Shown: positions 1 to 10,952 of the stretch, in pieces
Position numbering within the stretch: position 1 is the first letter of the stretch
Layout of the letters: every line of letters begins with the position of its first letter
Source: Ascoidea asiatica JCM 7603
Taxonomy: Eukaryota; Fungi; Ascomycota
Length of the DNA: 64,000 nucleotides
Assembly: GCA_001600695.1 (NCBI GenBank)
Contig: BCKQ01000005.1
Span: forward strand, 733,620 to 797,619
Direction: 5' to 3'
Position numbers and translations under genes: made by a program
The notes under the pieces: generated by a model
Databases searched by the model: none
What the model saw: the letters and a program-made list of their open reading frames with translations, nothing else
What the model was told of the DNA's origin: nothing

Positions 1-441
1 GAATTGACAGGCTTTGCTGATAGGGAATTTTATACACAATGGTGGAACTCTTCTTCTATAGATTCCTATTGGAGAAGCTGGAATGTTCTTATCCACAATT
101 TTTTTCATCGTCATATCTATTATCCTGTTTTAAATTCAAAGACTGCTCAAAGAAATTGGTCCAAAATCAAAGTAAAACTTATAGCATATATTGTAGGTGG
201 AATTATTCAGGAAATTCTTATTGGTGTTCCAACTCATACAATTTTAGGAATTGGTTTCATTTGTGTAATTCTTCAATTACCGTTATCAATATTAACCACT
301 CCATTGGAAAATTCCTCTAGAAATGGGAGATTTATTGGTAATATTATATTTTGGTTTGGATTTATTATTGGACAACCTTTATGTTTCATGCTATATTATG
401 CTACCTGGAATATCAAATATAGCAAATTGAGTGGTTTTTAG
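1..441 (+). CDS. MBOAT acyltransferase, DGAT1/ARE (ACAT) family, 3' part (starts before the window)
   Basis: Open frame from base 1 (ELTGFADREFYTQWWNS...YWRSWN...H). The FYxxWWN motif, GVPTH and GNIIFW/GQP match fungal DGAT1-type (Yarrowia Dga2-like) enzymes. Confidence 0.85.
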   Translation, partial: ELTGFADREFYTQWWNSSSIDSYWRSWNVLIHNFFHRHIYYPVLNSKTAQRNWSKIKVKLIAYIVGGIIQEILIGVPTHTILGIGFICVILQLPLSILTTPLENSSRNGRFIGNIIFWFGFIIGQPLCFMLYYATWNIKYSKLSGF

Positions 442-666
442 GATAAAATTTTTTTTAGTTTTCAGTTATAATCCAAAATATATAAAGATGATTTTCTTCA
501 TTTCTTGAGGTTTTTAATTCTTTTTTAGGCATATACTGAGCTTTTTATTTCATTAGAGTTTTTATTATAATTATATACATATTTTTCTACTTTTTATAAT
601 ATCTGTTACTCCATCAACTTAAATACTGCATTAAATCAAAAATCATTTAAACATTAAAAGTGTAGA

Positions 667-2667
667 CTAATATGAGTTAATTACTTCAGTGAGATTATTC
701 AAATCTGGGTGAAACCATTCTGTTTTCAAAACTTTCCACACATCTTTGGCTAAATTTATCGCTCTCTGTTCATCAGAGGCATTTCCTTCAATGTACACCT
801 TTAACTTTGGTTCAGTTCCAGAGCCTCTACAAGTAAATCTAATATTTTCATCATTATCAATAGCATCAACTGGTTTCAAAAGAGCTGTAATCATCTGCGA
901 GTTAGGATCTACAGGGAGCAAAGATTCATTACCTTCAACAGTTTCAAATCCAACTGTAAGATCACGCCAATAAGTAATTTTATATGAGTCATTTTTTCCA
1001 ATTTTTTCCTCTCCTACTTTAAAATTCAAATAATTATAATCAGATCTAATTTTGTCAAATATAATTTTTGTTGTACTTAAGTTTTCTAGTCTATAATAGC
1101 CATTGCATTCTTTAAAATATCCAAATCTTTCATAAATTTGAGTGAGCCTATCCAATAGGGATATATTTTCTTTGGCTAATTCAGTGTATAATTGAAGAAA
1201 AACCAAAATAGCAGAAATACCATCCTTATCATTTACAAGTCCAAACATAAATCCAATAGCTTCTTCATACGCAAATGGAACAAGATATCCTTTTGAAACA
1301 ATTTCTAAAGATTTGTTTGCAATCCATTTGAATCCAGTTAAAGTTTCTTCATACTGGAAACCAATTTTTTCAGCCATTGCTTTTAAAAGTTGTGAAGATA
1401 CTGTAGATACTACAAAATAACATCTGAAATCAGCAGTTTGTTGCCTAAATAAGAAATCTGCAAATATGGCACCTAACTCATTTCCAGTGAATTGATGAAA
1501 TCTATCAGTATCCTTAACACGAACAGCAGCTGAGAATCTATCAGCATCAGGGTCATTTGCGATAATGACATCAGCACCAATTTCCTTTGCTTTTTCAATA
1601 GAAAGAGATAATGCACCTTTTTCTTCAGGGTTTGGAAAAGAAACTGTAGAAAAATCTGGATCGGGAATTCCTTGTTGGGGAATAACATGAATTTTTAGTT
1701 TATCCAAATTTAAAATATCAAAAATGCCTTCAGCAACTTCCAAGCCAACCCCATGCATAGGAGTATAAACGACATCAAAATCAAGATTATCTGGGCACCA
1801 GTTAGAAAATATTAGCCTTTCCTCAGACTTTTCATAGTATTTTTCTACAATTTGCTCTTTACATTTGATTAGCATTCCCTCTTGAAGACCTTTACTTATA
1901 TTTACTTGAACATCAAATGAACTATTCCATGGTTTTAAATTTTCACTTATTTTGCTGGAAATAAGTTCATCATTTGGAGGAATTATTTGAGCGCCATTAT
2001 TCCAATAAACTTTATAGCCATTATCTTTTGCGGGATTGTGACTAGCAGTGATCATCACTCCTCCATTAGCTTTCAAAATAGAAATTGCAAAAGAAACAAG
2101 TGGAGTTGGAACCAAATCCGAAAATAAATCTCTCTGGCTTTCATCTTGCTCTTTGGAGATTAGGTAATAAACTTTGTATCCAGCCAACAAAAAAGTAGAA
2201 ACAGTAATATCAGCATACTCTTTAGAATGGTGTCTATGATCATGTCCAACAACAACACAAGGATGCTCTTTATTAGCAAATACATTATCAATAAGCTGCA
2301 TTGCTAGTCCTTGAGTAGCTTGTAAAACAGTTATGTGATTCATTCTGTTAAAGCCTGCTTCCATGGAACCACGCAATCCAGCTGTTCCGAATGTTATACG
2401 TTTTCCAAGCCTGGCATCTAGCTCATCGAATTTATCTTGTGATAGAACTTTTCCATCAGAAATTGCATCTTTAAATAAATTCAATATTTCTAGCTTAGAA
2501 TCAATATTCTTTTTAAATAAAAATATAAAGAAATTAGAAGTGAGTTAGTAACCGAAAATAATGACTATTCTACCGAAATTTGCTAACAAGTGGAATATAC
2601 TTACATTATCAATATCCAACCATTCTTTGACTAACGATTCAATACGTTTCACTTCTTCTGAACTCAT
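667..2667 (-). CDS. PRM15: Phosphoribomutase / phosphoglucomutase (PGM2/PGM3 family); exons 2667-2605, 2508-667
   Basis: FGTAGLRG, TASHNP, DPDADR and RGSGTEPK motifs. Intron 2604-2509: GTAAGT, TACTAAC (2550-2544), AAG; splicing restores MSSEEVKRIESLVKEWLDIDN-NIDSKLE in frame. Confidence 0.9.
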
Positions 2668-3019
2668 TACGTGTAAATTTATGAAGGTATATTAAAAAAA
2701 AATTATGATAGTAAAAGCTCTCTTGTCTTCTCTTCTACCTTTATAATTTCCAAAATTTCTTCTCCGAATTAAAATACTAATCAGAGAACTGTCAAAAGCT
2801 GGCCCGTCAAACGGGCTCTTTCTTTGTTTCTAAAGTTAAGTAACAGTCCTGCTTTCAGCGGTGTTTACTATTGGTATTAATTACCAAGATCTTTTACAGT
2901 TGTTTCAATTAAAGTACAATAAAATCCTTTTTTAAACAAATGTTTAGGAATGTTTTTTATTTATTTATATATATATACTGCTAAAAATTCAATTCTTGAA
3001 TAACACTCTAGTCTAACTT

Positions 3020-4177
3020 CTAAGACAAAATGTTATACACGGTCTCTGAGGTATTATTTAATGCTCTTAATTCAGAGACATTTTTATCAATTTTTAATAG
3101 AATAGTATTCAAATTTTGAAGAACTGGAATCAATTTTTTATCATTATTAGGATCATAATTTAGATTGTCTTCAGAATAACTACTGATATCATTTATTTCA
3201 CTCTCAATTTCCTCATTTTTGTGTTTAAAAAAAAAATTTAAATCATCTTTATCTAAATTTAAGTCTATATCATTAGGCGATCCATCCAGATTATCATTCA
3301 CTATATCATTAAATATTTGAAATCCCTTGAAGTCATTTTCATTTACATTTTGATATTCTTTATTTTTTAGCTCCACAGTAAACAAATTCTGTTCTAATTC
3401 TTCATATTTTTTTTTTTGTTTTTCTATTTGCTTATCAATTTCCTTCAAATATATTTCATCATTCTCAACTATTTTTCTTTCTTTGTTAAACTCTTTTTCT
3501 AAAATTTCGATTTGTTGAAGATTTAATGAATAATTTATATCTAAATCAGCCTTTCGTCGTATTAAATAATCAATACTGAAATTTTTCCCAGATAGATTAT
3601 TTGAATGTGGAACTTGAATTTTTGACAACCTTTTCATGAAATCTGTAATTATTGATTTTAACAATAACCTTCCTTTTTTTTTAGAACTCTCAGATTTATA
3701 AATTTTCAAAGTTGGTTCCATCATTAATTGAAAAATATTAATAACCTCATTTTTCATTGATATTGTAAGTGGGTTCCAAAGTTCTTGAGCTATCATTTTA
3801 GGAATTTTTCTGCTTATTGTGGACATCTTCAAATCATTTGGATCAAATCGTAAGTTCAAATCTGAAATAATATCTTCTAATTCAGGTGGTACTGCATTTG
3901 AATCATCCTCGTCGTTTTTTTTGATTGACTTGTTTTCATCATCACCATTATTATTACCATCATCATTCTCTTCTGATTCTACATTTTTCTCATTTTCTTG
4001 ATTTTCCTCAATTCTTGTTTCGAAATTGTTACTTTTTTCTTGATCGGAAATTTGATCTAAATTGATTTCCTTTTCTTTTTTTTTATTTTGAAGTTTCGAT
4101 AAATTCTTGTTTTGGCTTTTGGTTCTAGAAATAACTGATTTACTAGTTTTGCGTACTCTTAATTTCTTAGTAGCCAT
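3020..4177 (-). CDS. Probable inner-kinetochore CENP-Q/Okp1-like coiled-coil protein
   Basis: 385-aa ORF with a basic/acidic N-tail, then a W..L...RLSKIQVP...FSIDYL...LEKE..KE coiled-coil pattern resembling the CENP-Q domain (from memory). Confidence 0.55.
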   Translation of the reverse strand: MATKKLRVRKTSKSVISRTKSQNKNLSKLQNKKKEKEINLDQISDQEKSNNFETRIEENQENEKNVESEENDDGNNNGDDENKSIKKNDEDDSNAVPPELEDIISDLNLRFDPNDLKMSTISRKIPKMIAQELWNPLTISMKNEVINIFQLMMEPTLKIYKSESSKKKGRLLLKSIITDFMKRLSKIQVPHSNNLSGKNFSIDYLIRRKADLDINYSLNLQQIEILEKEFNKERKIVENDEIYLKEIDKQIEKQKKKYEELEQNLFTVELKNKEYQNVNENDFKGFQIFNDIVNDNLDGSPNDIDLNLDKDDLNFFFKHKNEEIESEINDISSYSEDNLNYDPNNDKKLIPVLQNLNTILLKIDKNVSELRALNNTSETVYNILS

Positions 4178-4339
4178 TCTTGTTATCTTATTTACGGATT
4201 TATTTATCTCGATTTTAGTAAATCTCTGTTATATATTTCAAAGTGCAACTCTGCTTTTGTTTGGTGATATTTGTTTTGTTTACTTTTGCTATTCGGCAAA
4301 AGCTCTCTATGAAGCATTACGGAAGTGATCGGTTTAGCG

Positions 4340-4346
4340 TTACCCG
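4340..4346 (+). promoter_or_regulatory. Reb1-type site TTACCCG upstream of the CENP-Q-like gene
   Basis: Exact Reb1 consensus in a short intergenic region. CGGGTAA also occurs at 12603-12609 and 59991-59997. Confidence 0.4.
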
Positions 4347-4475
4347 TGTAGTGAACTATCAATAAAATGAAGTAACACTAATTACTAACAAAAAAATAAA
4401 AATTACAAGCAAAGGACAATTTGAAAAATAGCACAAAATAAATATATTTTCATAAAAATTATAAACATCACAGAA

Positions 4476-7007
4476 TTAAAATACCAATCTAGATAAAAAG
4501 GTCGGCTCAATTTCTTCTACTTGAGAAGAAAATTCTTTTAAGTAACTTCTACAACCATTTAGCACATATTCAGAATCTCTGGTATTGATTTTTTTGTTCA
4601 CTAATAACTTTTCAACAAATTCTATAGGAGCATCATTGTAATCATTGACTAACTCTTTGAATTTTTCAATTAATTCATCTAAATCTTCCAAGTATATAAA
4701 GTCTATCAAATATTCAAACATTCGAAATTTATCTTGTAAACCTTCAAACTGTTCATTCAATGATTTATAAAAAATTGAAATGTCAAGTTTAATCTTTTCA
4801 ATAGTTTTTGTTTTCTTTTTTTCATTTGAAAATGAATGTGTATTCTTATTACTTAAAGCTTGAATATATTTTAGTATTAGTTCATCAATAATATCCTCAA
4901 TAACAATCTCATATAAAATTGGGTTAATATAACTTTTGAAATCTATGATATACTCGAGTAATGTACTAACAATTTGCTGGGCTTGAACGCCACTTTCATT
5001 ATACCAATTTTTTGTGAAAATTTCAACGTATGCAGGTTTCAAATCATCGTACATTATTAAAATTATTGCTTCCAAACATTGTTTAGATAAATTAATAAAT
5101 CCATCTAGTGCGTTATTTAAACTATCATCCATTTCACTTTGGTATTTTTTCGATACCATTTTGATATATTTATTTTTGAGTGTTTCAATCATATCGGCAC
5201 CTCTTAATTGATCATTTGCTAATGCTATAATATATTCTATTAAACCACCAGGAACTTCTTCTTGAGAATTTAAATTCTCTTCTTGTTCAACTTTTGGATT
5301 ATTAGTATTATTAACCGTAATTAATCTTGAAACTTCTTTTTTTAAAATATTTGACCAATTACTTTGTCTCTTGATTAAAATTTTACAAAAATCTACAACA
5401 ACTCCCAGAAGAATTTTACCTTGTCCAGATCCTGCAGCGACATCTGCTTGTTGACGAAACATATGAGCAGCTATATTTGAACCCTCTAATCCTAAATAGC
5501 CTTCACTATCGGTTTCCGGAGCTGATTTTCTCTCTTGAAAGATCTTAGTTTCAGTGTTCATTAAGTTGGACATCCAATCGTTCATCTTCGATATTATTAA
5601 ACTTAAATAATCACTAAGTAGTTTCTCTTTAGTTTCATCACCCAATATTGATTTTATCTCGCTTTTGGTAAAGTTTAAGTCAGTTTTACAAAATGCAGTA
5701 AAATCTTTATCAAAATCTAAAATACTTAAAATAATTATAGTTTCCGGTTCTAGCTCAATCAACTTTACCATTATATCTTGACACTTGCTATAGTATAGCT
5801 CAAATACTTTTTTAAAGAAATTCCATCTTTTTGGAGGCTTTAACTCATTTTCTATTTGAAAAGCGCTGAGTAAATCTGACTTCATCCAGTCTAAATTATT
5901 CAAAATCTCAAACACATCAACCTCTTCTTCCAAATCTTCATTAGAAATTCCATTTTTTTCTTTAAAAAAATGATTTCTACAATTTGAAAATGTCATAGTT
6001 ATAGAAGAGTCTAAACATTCAAAAAAATAACTCAAAAAATTTCTTGGCTGTAGTCTTAAAGTTACATGATTACTAAGCATCTGATTTTTTAAATGTCTAT
6101 AAGTTTTACCATAAAATTGCTGTTGCTTCACTGTTAATTGAGGCTTTGAGGACCCAGTAGAAGAATCCGAGTTGACAATTTTTGTGGCAGTTAAGTATTT
6201 AATACCATTCTCTTCCATATTTTTTTTTAATAAATCCATTGCACGATGATCAATGATTTTTAAAATACATGATATCTTTAAATCCTCCCTTTCCTCCACG
6301 TCAATTATTTTGAAAATTTTTTCAATTAGTAGAATATTACCAACCTGATATGATTCTAAAAGTCCAGCAGTAAATTCCTTTATAAGCTTATCAAATTTCA
6401 AAATATTAAACTCTAATGGGGTAGACATTCTTGAAAGTGTAGCTTTATAGTCGCTAGAAAGATCCGCAGAATAATCCTCGAGATGATCTTTGAAATCTCT
6501 CAACTTTGTAAGACTGTAATGAATTTTGAATAAATTTGGATAATTACCATCAATTTCTGTTATAATGTTCTCATTTATTTCATCCATATCATTGGAAATA
6601 ATCACTCCTAAATCTTGGTTGATTAAATCACTAATAAATTTACAATTGTCACTAAAGTTAACAATATTATCATATATCTTATTCACATTAGTGAAAAACT
6701 GATATATATTATTCATTTTATTTATTAATTCATATTCTTGAATTGAATTTATATTTTCAAGAGATATTTGATTTATTTTCTCAAAATTAGAATTAATATA
6801 ATTCACAATTGCCTGCGACTTATTTAAACTTTCTAACCCATCTGTAGTTAATTTGATTTGTTTCTGAAATATTGATTTTAATTGAATGTCAATTGAAGAT
6901 TTTTCATTCTCTAATTGAGTTTTAAGTTCTGTTATTTTATCTAAATCATCTTCAGACTTGATCAAATCTGATATTCCTTGTAATGCTGCACTTTTAGTTT
7001 CACTCAT
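4476..7007 (-). CDS. SEC6: Exocyst subunit Sec6
   Basis: 843 aa; N-terminal DDLDKI..LK..L..EKSSIDIQL and the EYIIALANDQ motif typical of Sec6. Confidence 0.9.
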   Translation of the reverse strand: MSETKSAALQGISDLIKSEDDLDKITELKTQLENEKSSIDIQLKSIFQKQIKLTTDGLESLNKSQAIVNYINSNFEKINQISLENINSIQEYELINKMNNIYQFFTNVNKIYDNIVNFSDNCKFISDLINQDLGVIISNDMDEINENIITEIDGNYPNLFKIHYSLTKLRDFKDHLEDYSADLSSDYKATLSRMSTPLEFNILKFDKLIKEFTAGLLESYQVGNILLIEKIFKIIDVEEREDLKISCILKIIDHRAMDLLKKNMEENGIKYLTATKIVNSDSSTGSSKPQLTVKQQQFYGKTYRHLKNQMLSNHVTLRLQPRNFLSYFFECLDSSITMTFSNCRNHFFKEKNGISNEDLEEEVDVFEILNNLDWMKSDLLSAFQIENELKPPKRWNFFKKVFELYYSKCQDIMVKLIELEPETIIILSILDFDKDFTAFCKTDLNFTKSEIKSILGDETKEKLLSDYLSLIISKMNDWMSNLMNTETKIFQERKSAPETDSEGYLGLEGSNIAAHMFRQQADVAAGSGQGKILLGVVVDFCKILIKRQSNWSNILKKEVSRLITVNNTNNPKVEQEENLNSQEEVPGGLIEYIIALANDQLRGADMIETLKNKYIKMVSKKYQSEMDDSLNNALDGFINLSKQCLEAIILIMYDDLKPAYVEIFTKNWYNESGVQAQQIVSTLLEYIIDFKSYINPILYEIVIEDIIDELILKYIQALSNKNTHSFSNEKKKTKTIEKIKLDISIFYKSLNEQFEGLQDKFRMFEYLIDFIYLEDLDELIEKFKELVNDYNDAPIEFVEKLLVNKKINTRDSEYVLNGCRSYLKEFSSQVEEIEPTFLSRLVF

Positions 7008-7464
7008 TGTGAATCATTTTCTATTATTCTTTACCAAAAATTTATAACTTCTACTATGTTACTGAATAAAGCCTAGTAACGTCAAATTCTCTATAATTAT
7101 TTGCTTTTCTTTCTGGTACAATCTAGTCAATAAAAGTTATTGCCAATTGAATTTATATATTGATTGACAATTCGTATCTGCTGGCATAAAACTAAACACT
7201 AACACTACCGTAAAAAACTATTATCCTCTTGGAAAGGATACTGGCAAACGATACAACACTTTATTTAGTATTCACGGTTCAGATTACGTAATTCTTTCTT
7301 TATTTACTCTCTGTTCTTTATCAGCGACACTGAATTGACCTGTCCAAGTTCAATTATTCAAAATACAAAGGAATTGAATTTATTTAAATATTTAAGAGTT
7401 TTACATCAAATGAGGTATCAGAAGTAAGTTTTTCAGGAAGCATCTTTTGGAAAAGATAAGCAAA

Positions 7465-7891
7465 ATGTTTAGTTTAGGTGGTTTGTTATATGGTATGTCA
7501 TCTTTTTTGAGTTTTTCTTTTTTGCTCTATTGTTTCGTTACTAACCCCATAATTTTTTTGCTCTCGAATAGTTATTGTACTATCAATTAATTCTGTTGCA
7601 ATTTTAAGTGAAGATAGATTTCTAAATAGAAGTATGTATTTATAAAATGTTTCATTCTCAAAACCATTTCAACCTTTACAGCTTGAGACTAATTTTCAAA
7701 TTCATTTTTCACTTTATTTTTTAATAGTTGGTTGGGGAAATAAAATAGAAGGGCAAGGATTTGCAAGCCCTGTTGAACCTACAATCAAATCCAGGTTAAT
7801 TAGTTTAATTTCAGCAATAAGGACACTTCTCAGATTACCTCTAATAATCGTTAATATTTTAATTATTATTTATGAAATAATATTGGGTTAA
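7465..7891 (+). CDS. YOS1: Yos1 ER-Golgi membrane protein (83 aa); exons 7465-7492, 7572-7631, 7728-7891
   Basis: Absent from the ORF track. Spliced product MFSLGGLLYVIVLSINSVAILSEDRFLNRIGW...IKSRLISLISAIRTLLRLPLIIVNILIIIYEIILG. Two GTATGT...TAG introns with TACTAAC and GACTAAT branch sites. Confidence 0.93.
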
Positions 7892-8165
7892 AAATCGCTA
7901 TGCTAAATACACAAAATTAAGTCACATATTCTTTGAAGTTTTAGTTTGTACACATTTTTGTAAATTCAAATGATCTTTTTTTTGAATAAAGTTTTGATAT
8001 TTATTAGTCTTTTATTATATAATAATCTAGTTGAATAACAGATGAAATATAGAAGGAATATTCTATGAAAAATATTAATAATACTTAATGAAGAATTGAA
8101 AAGAAGCTTTTTAGAAAGAAAAATGAAAAATAAAAAAAAAAAGATATTATAATATTTACTTTGGC

Positions 8166-10757
8166 CTAAAGATGCTTTTGCAGCATTTGAATATCATTAA
8201 AATAATTTTGAACTATTTTCAAGTTTTTGGTTAAAACATCAAAAACTCCTAACTTATTTTGTCTTTTGTATTTATAATATATGATTAAAGTATCATAAAT
8301 CAATAGGTATTGTTTTAAATTTTGAACCATTGAAACTCTTTGTTTTCTAAAAAGATCCACTAGCTCAAAAATAGGATCTTTATTATCATCTATGACATTG
8401 GGATTCGATAAATAATCAATTGCAGAATCAATAGCACAAAATGTTCCAGTCCTACCACAGCCAGCTGAGCAGTGGACAATAACAGGTGCGTCGATTTGTG
8501 TAGCATCAAAATATGCTTTTTTGATTGACTTTTGAAAATACACCAATGCAAGCAAATCATCATAACTATCGAATCCATCATAATCTGCCCATGATTCAAT
8601 ATGTAATTGTAAAACCTCATGACGTATTGAATCTAATGTTATCTTTATTCTTCTAATTATAATATTACTTTTTGACCATAAGCCTTTGATTTGATTTTGA
8701 AAAGGAAATAAGCTAATTTCTGGAGATTCAACAAAGTCATTGAGTGGCAAACAATCAAGAACCTTAATTTCGAGATGGCCGTTATCATCATAAACACCAT
8801 CTTTCCAAAAATTAGCACATTTCTCAGTATAATTTTCAGTTTCAGAAGTTAAAGATATTATTAAAGGAGATTTATGATTGAGAATCATTTTCCAGAAATC
8901 ACAAACAGTGCTTCTTAAAGGGCCTTGTGTTGCAATATACTTATCTTTGAATTCATGATTAGACAAATATGAAGCATTTATATAATCTGAGCCATTTTTA
9001 CTATTTACTATTGAGACTCTTGTTCTTTCATAAGGAATTATATCTTTATATCTATTTTTGCTTCCTAATTCAATACCTGCTGACATTTTTGGATTATCAT
9101 TATCGTCATCATTATCTATAAACTTATCATTACCAGGATCTGATTTTGATCGATAGTTATTAAAAGATAAAGCATTATTCAATCTTATCTTTTCATTTTT
9201 TTCAAGTTGATTAAACTTTTTAATTAATTCTTTGGAGCCATGATCAGATGATGTTAAAAGTGAAGAAAACCATTTAGGTAAAGTATTAAGTTCTTCATTA
9301 GTTAAATTATAATTTGATAGTTTGAAATAATTTAGATTTACATCACTTATTGGAGAATAATCACTATTTGAATTATTAGAAATATGCTCATCATTTTGCC
9401 TTATTTTGAAGTTAGGTTGGCATGCAGATAAAGGTAATTTAAACCCGGATAAAGCTGGAGATATTGCTGAACATGAAGAGAGTGAAGAAGAATTCGAATG
9501 CGATATTTTGGTGTTTATAGGATTTAAGAAAGGTAACCCAGAAGTCAAAAAGGGAGAATGGCCATCATTAGAATTTATTGAGATTAATGGGATATTGTTG
9601 GAAGTATTTGAGCGAATGGAATGATTGGATATACTAGAGTGGCTTGAATGGTTAGCATGATTAGCATGAGTTGATTGTTTTAAAAAGTTTGATAGGTTTA
9701 AATTAGTAGAAAGAGTAGAATGTGCCAATGATGATGAAGGAGATGTAGAATTTGAATCAATAATTAAGTTTTGATCCGAATTAGGATTTGTAATTGGTTC
9801 TGGTTGAAACATTAGTATAGGAGAGGTAGAAGGAAGAGAATCTTCAATTAAATTAGGATAGAATTTTTTGAATTTTTGTAATCCACCTTGAAGTACGAAT
9901 ATTCGACCATTCCACAGTTCAGTATTAGCAAATTTATTGGTTATACAAGAAAGAGCTAAAGAGACATTTGATGGATTTTCTGAATTATTTGAATTATTTG
10001 AATTATTTGAAGGCAAATCCAACGAGGAGTAATCATAAAATATTATCGGAGGTAATGGAATATTTTGTTTATTTTTCAAAAAAAAGTCAAATATTAATTT
10101 TTCTTTGAGACCTAATGTTGCAATTGATTTGAATAAATTATATGTTTTTCTTTTTAATAAACAAGTTGGCAATGAGAAATTCAAAGAATCTTTAATTCTT
10201 AAAGAAGAATAATCAGTAAATGACCTTATATCAAAAAGCAATACATTTTTAGTGAAAATAAAATTTTGGAAAGTACTATTGTCATATTGAATTTTATTTG
10301 ATAAGAAATAATCTGCTAAAGAATCTACCGATATTACTTGAATTTTTGGGTGTAATTTAAATAGAGGTGATTTTGAGAGTTGAATTGAATGATTTGAGTT
10401 GTAAGTTTGATTATAATTTTTATTATAATTTTGATTTAGATTTAGATTAGGTTTGATATTCTTATGATTATTATTATTATTATTTGAAGACTTATTTTTT
10501 GATTTTGATTTATTTCTAACTATTGAAAGGGATACATTTGTCGTTAAATTATTATTCAAATTATCTGATTTTGTACATGAACTATTAGAACCTAATTTTT
10601 TAGTTAGGCTTTTATTTCTTATGATATTAGAGGGAGAACTTGTTTTAATATTATTACTGAAATAATTTATTTGAATTTGATTAGGGCTTTTAAAATGATT
10701 TTGAATATTATTTATTGGTTGACTATTGAAGTAATTTATTTCTTGATTTTGAATATT

Positions 10758-10811
<54 letters not shown>

Positions 10812-10952
10812 GTTGTTATCAGTTTTTTTTGTATTATTCGAATTTGAATTAGTTAAATGAGAAGTTAAATCAGAAATATTAAAATCAAATACTTTTTCTG
10901 CGGTTGAAGGAGTAGCAACAGGAGTTGAAGTTGCAGAAGAAACTGAAAGCAT
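8166..10952 (-). CDS. PTP3: MAPK protein tyrosine phosphatase (Ptp2/Ptp3 family) with rhodanese-like MAPK-binding domain
   Basis: KNRY, YINAS, YIATQGP, HCSAGCGRTG and QRVSMVQ motifs; N-terminal DIR...SLPTCLLKRK; poly-Asn tracts. PTP2 versus PTP3 orthology is uncertain. Confidence 0.85.
10760..10812. repeat. (TAT)n microsatellite encoding poly-Asn in the PTP gene
   Basis: Visible trinucleotide tract. Confidence 0.9.
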
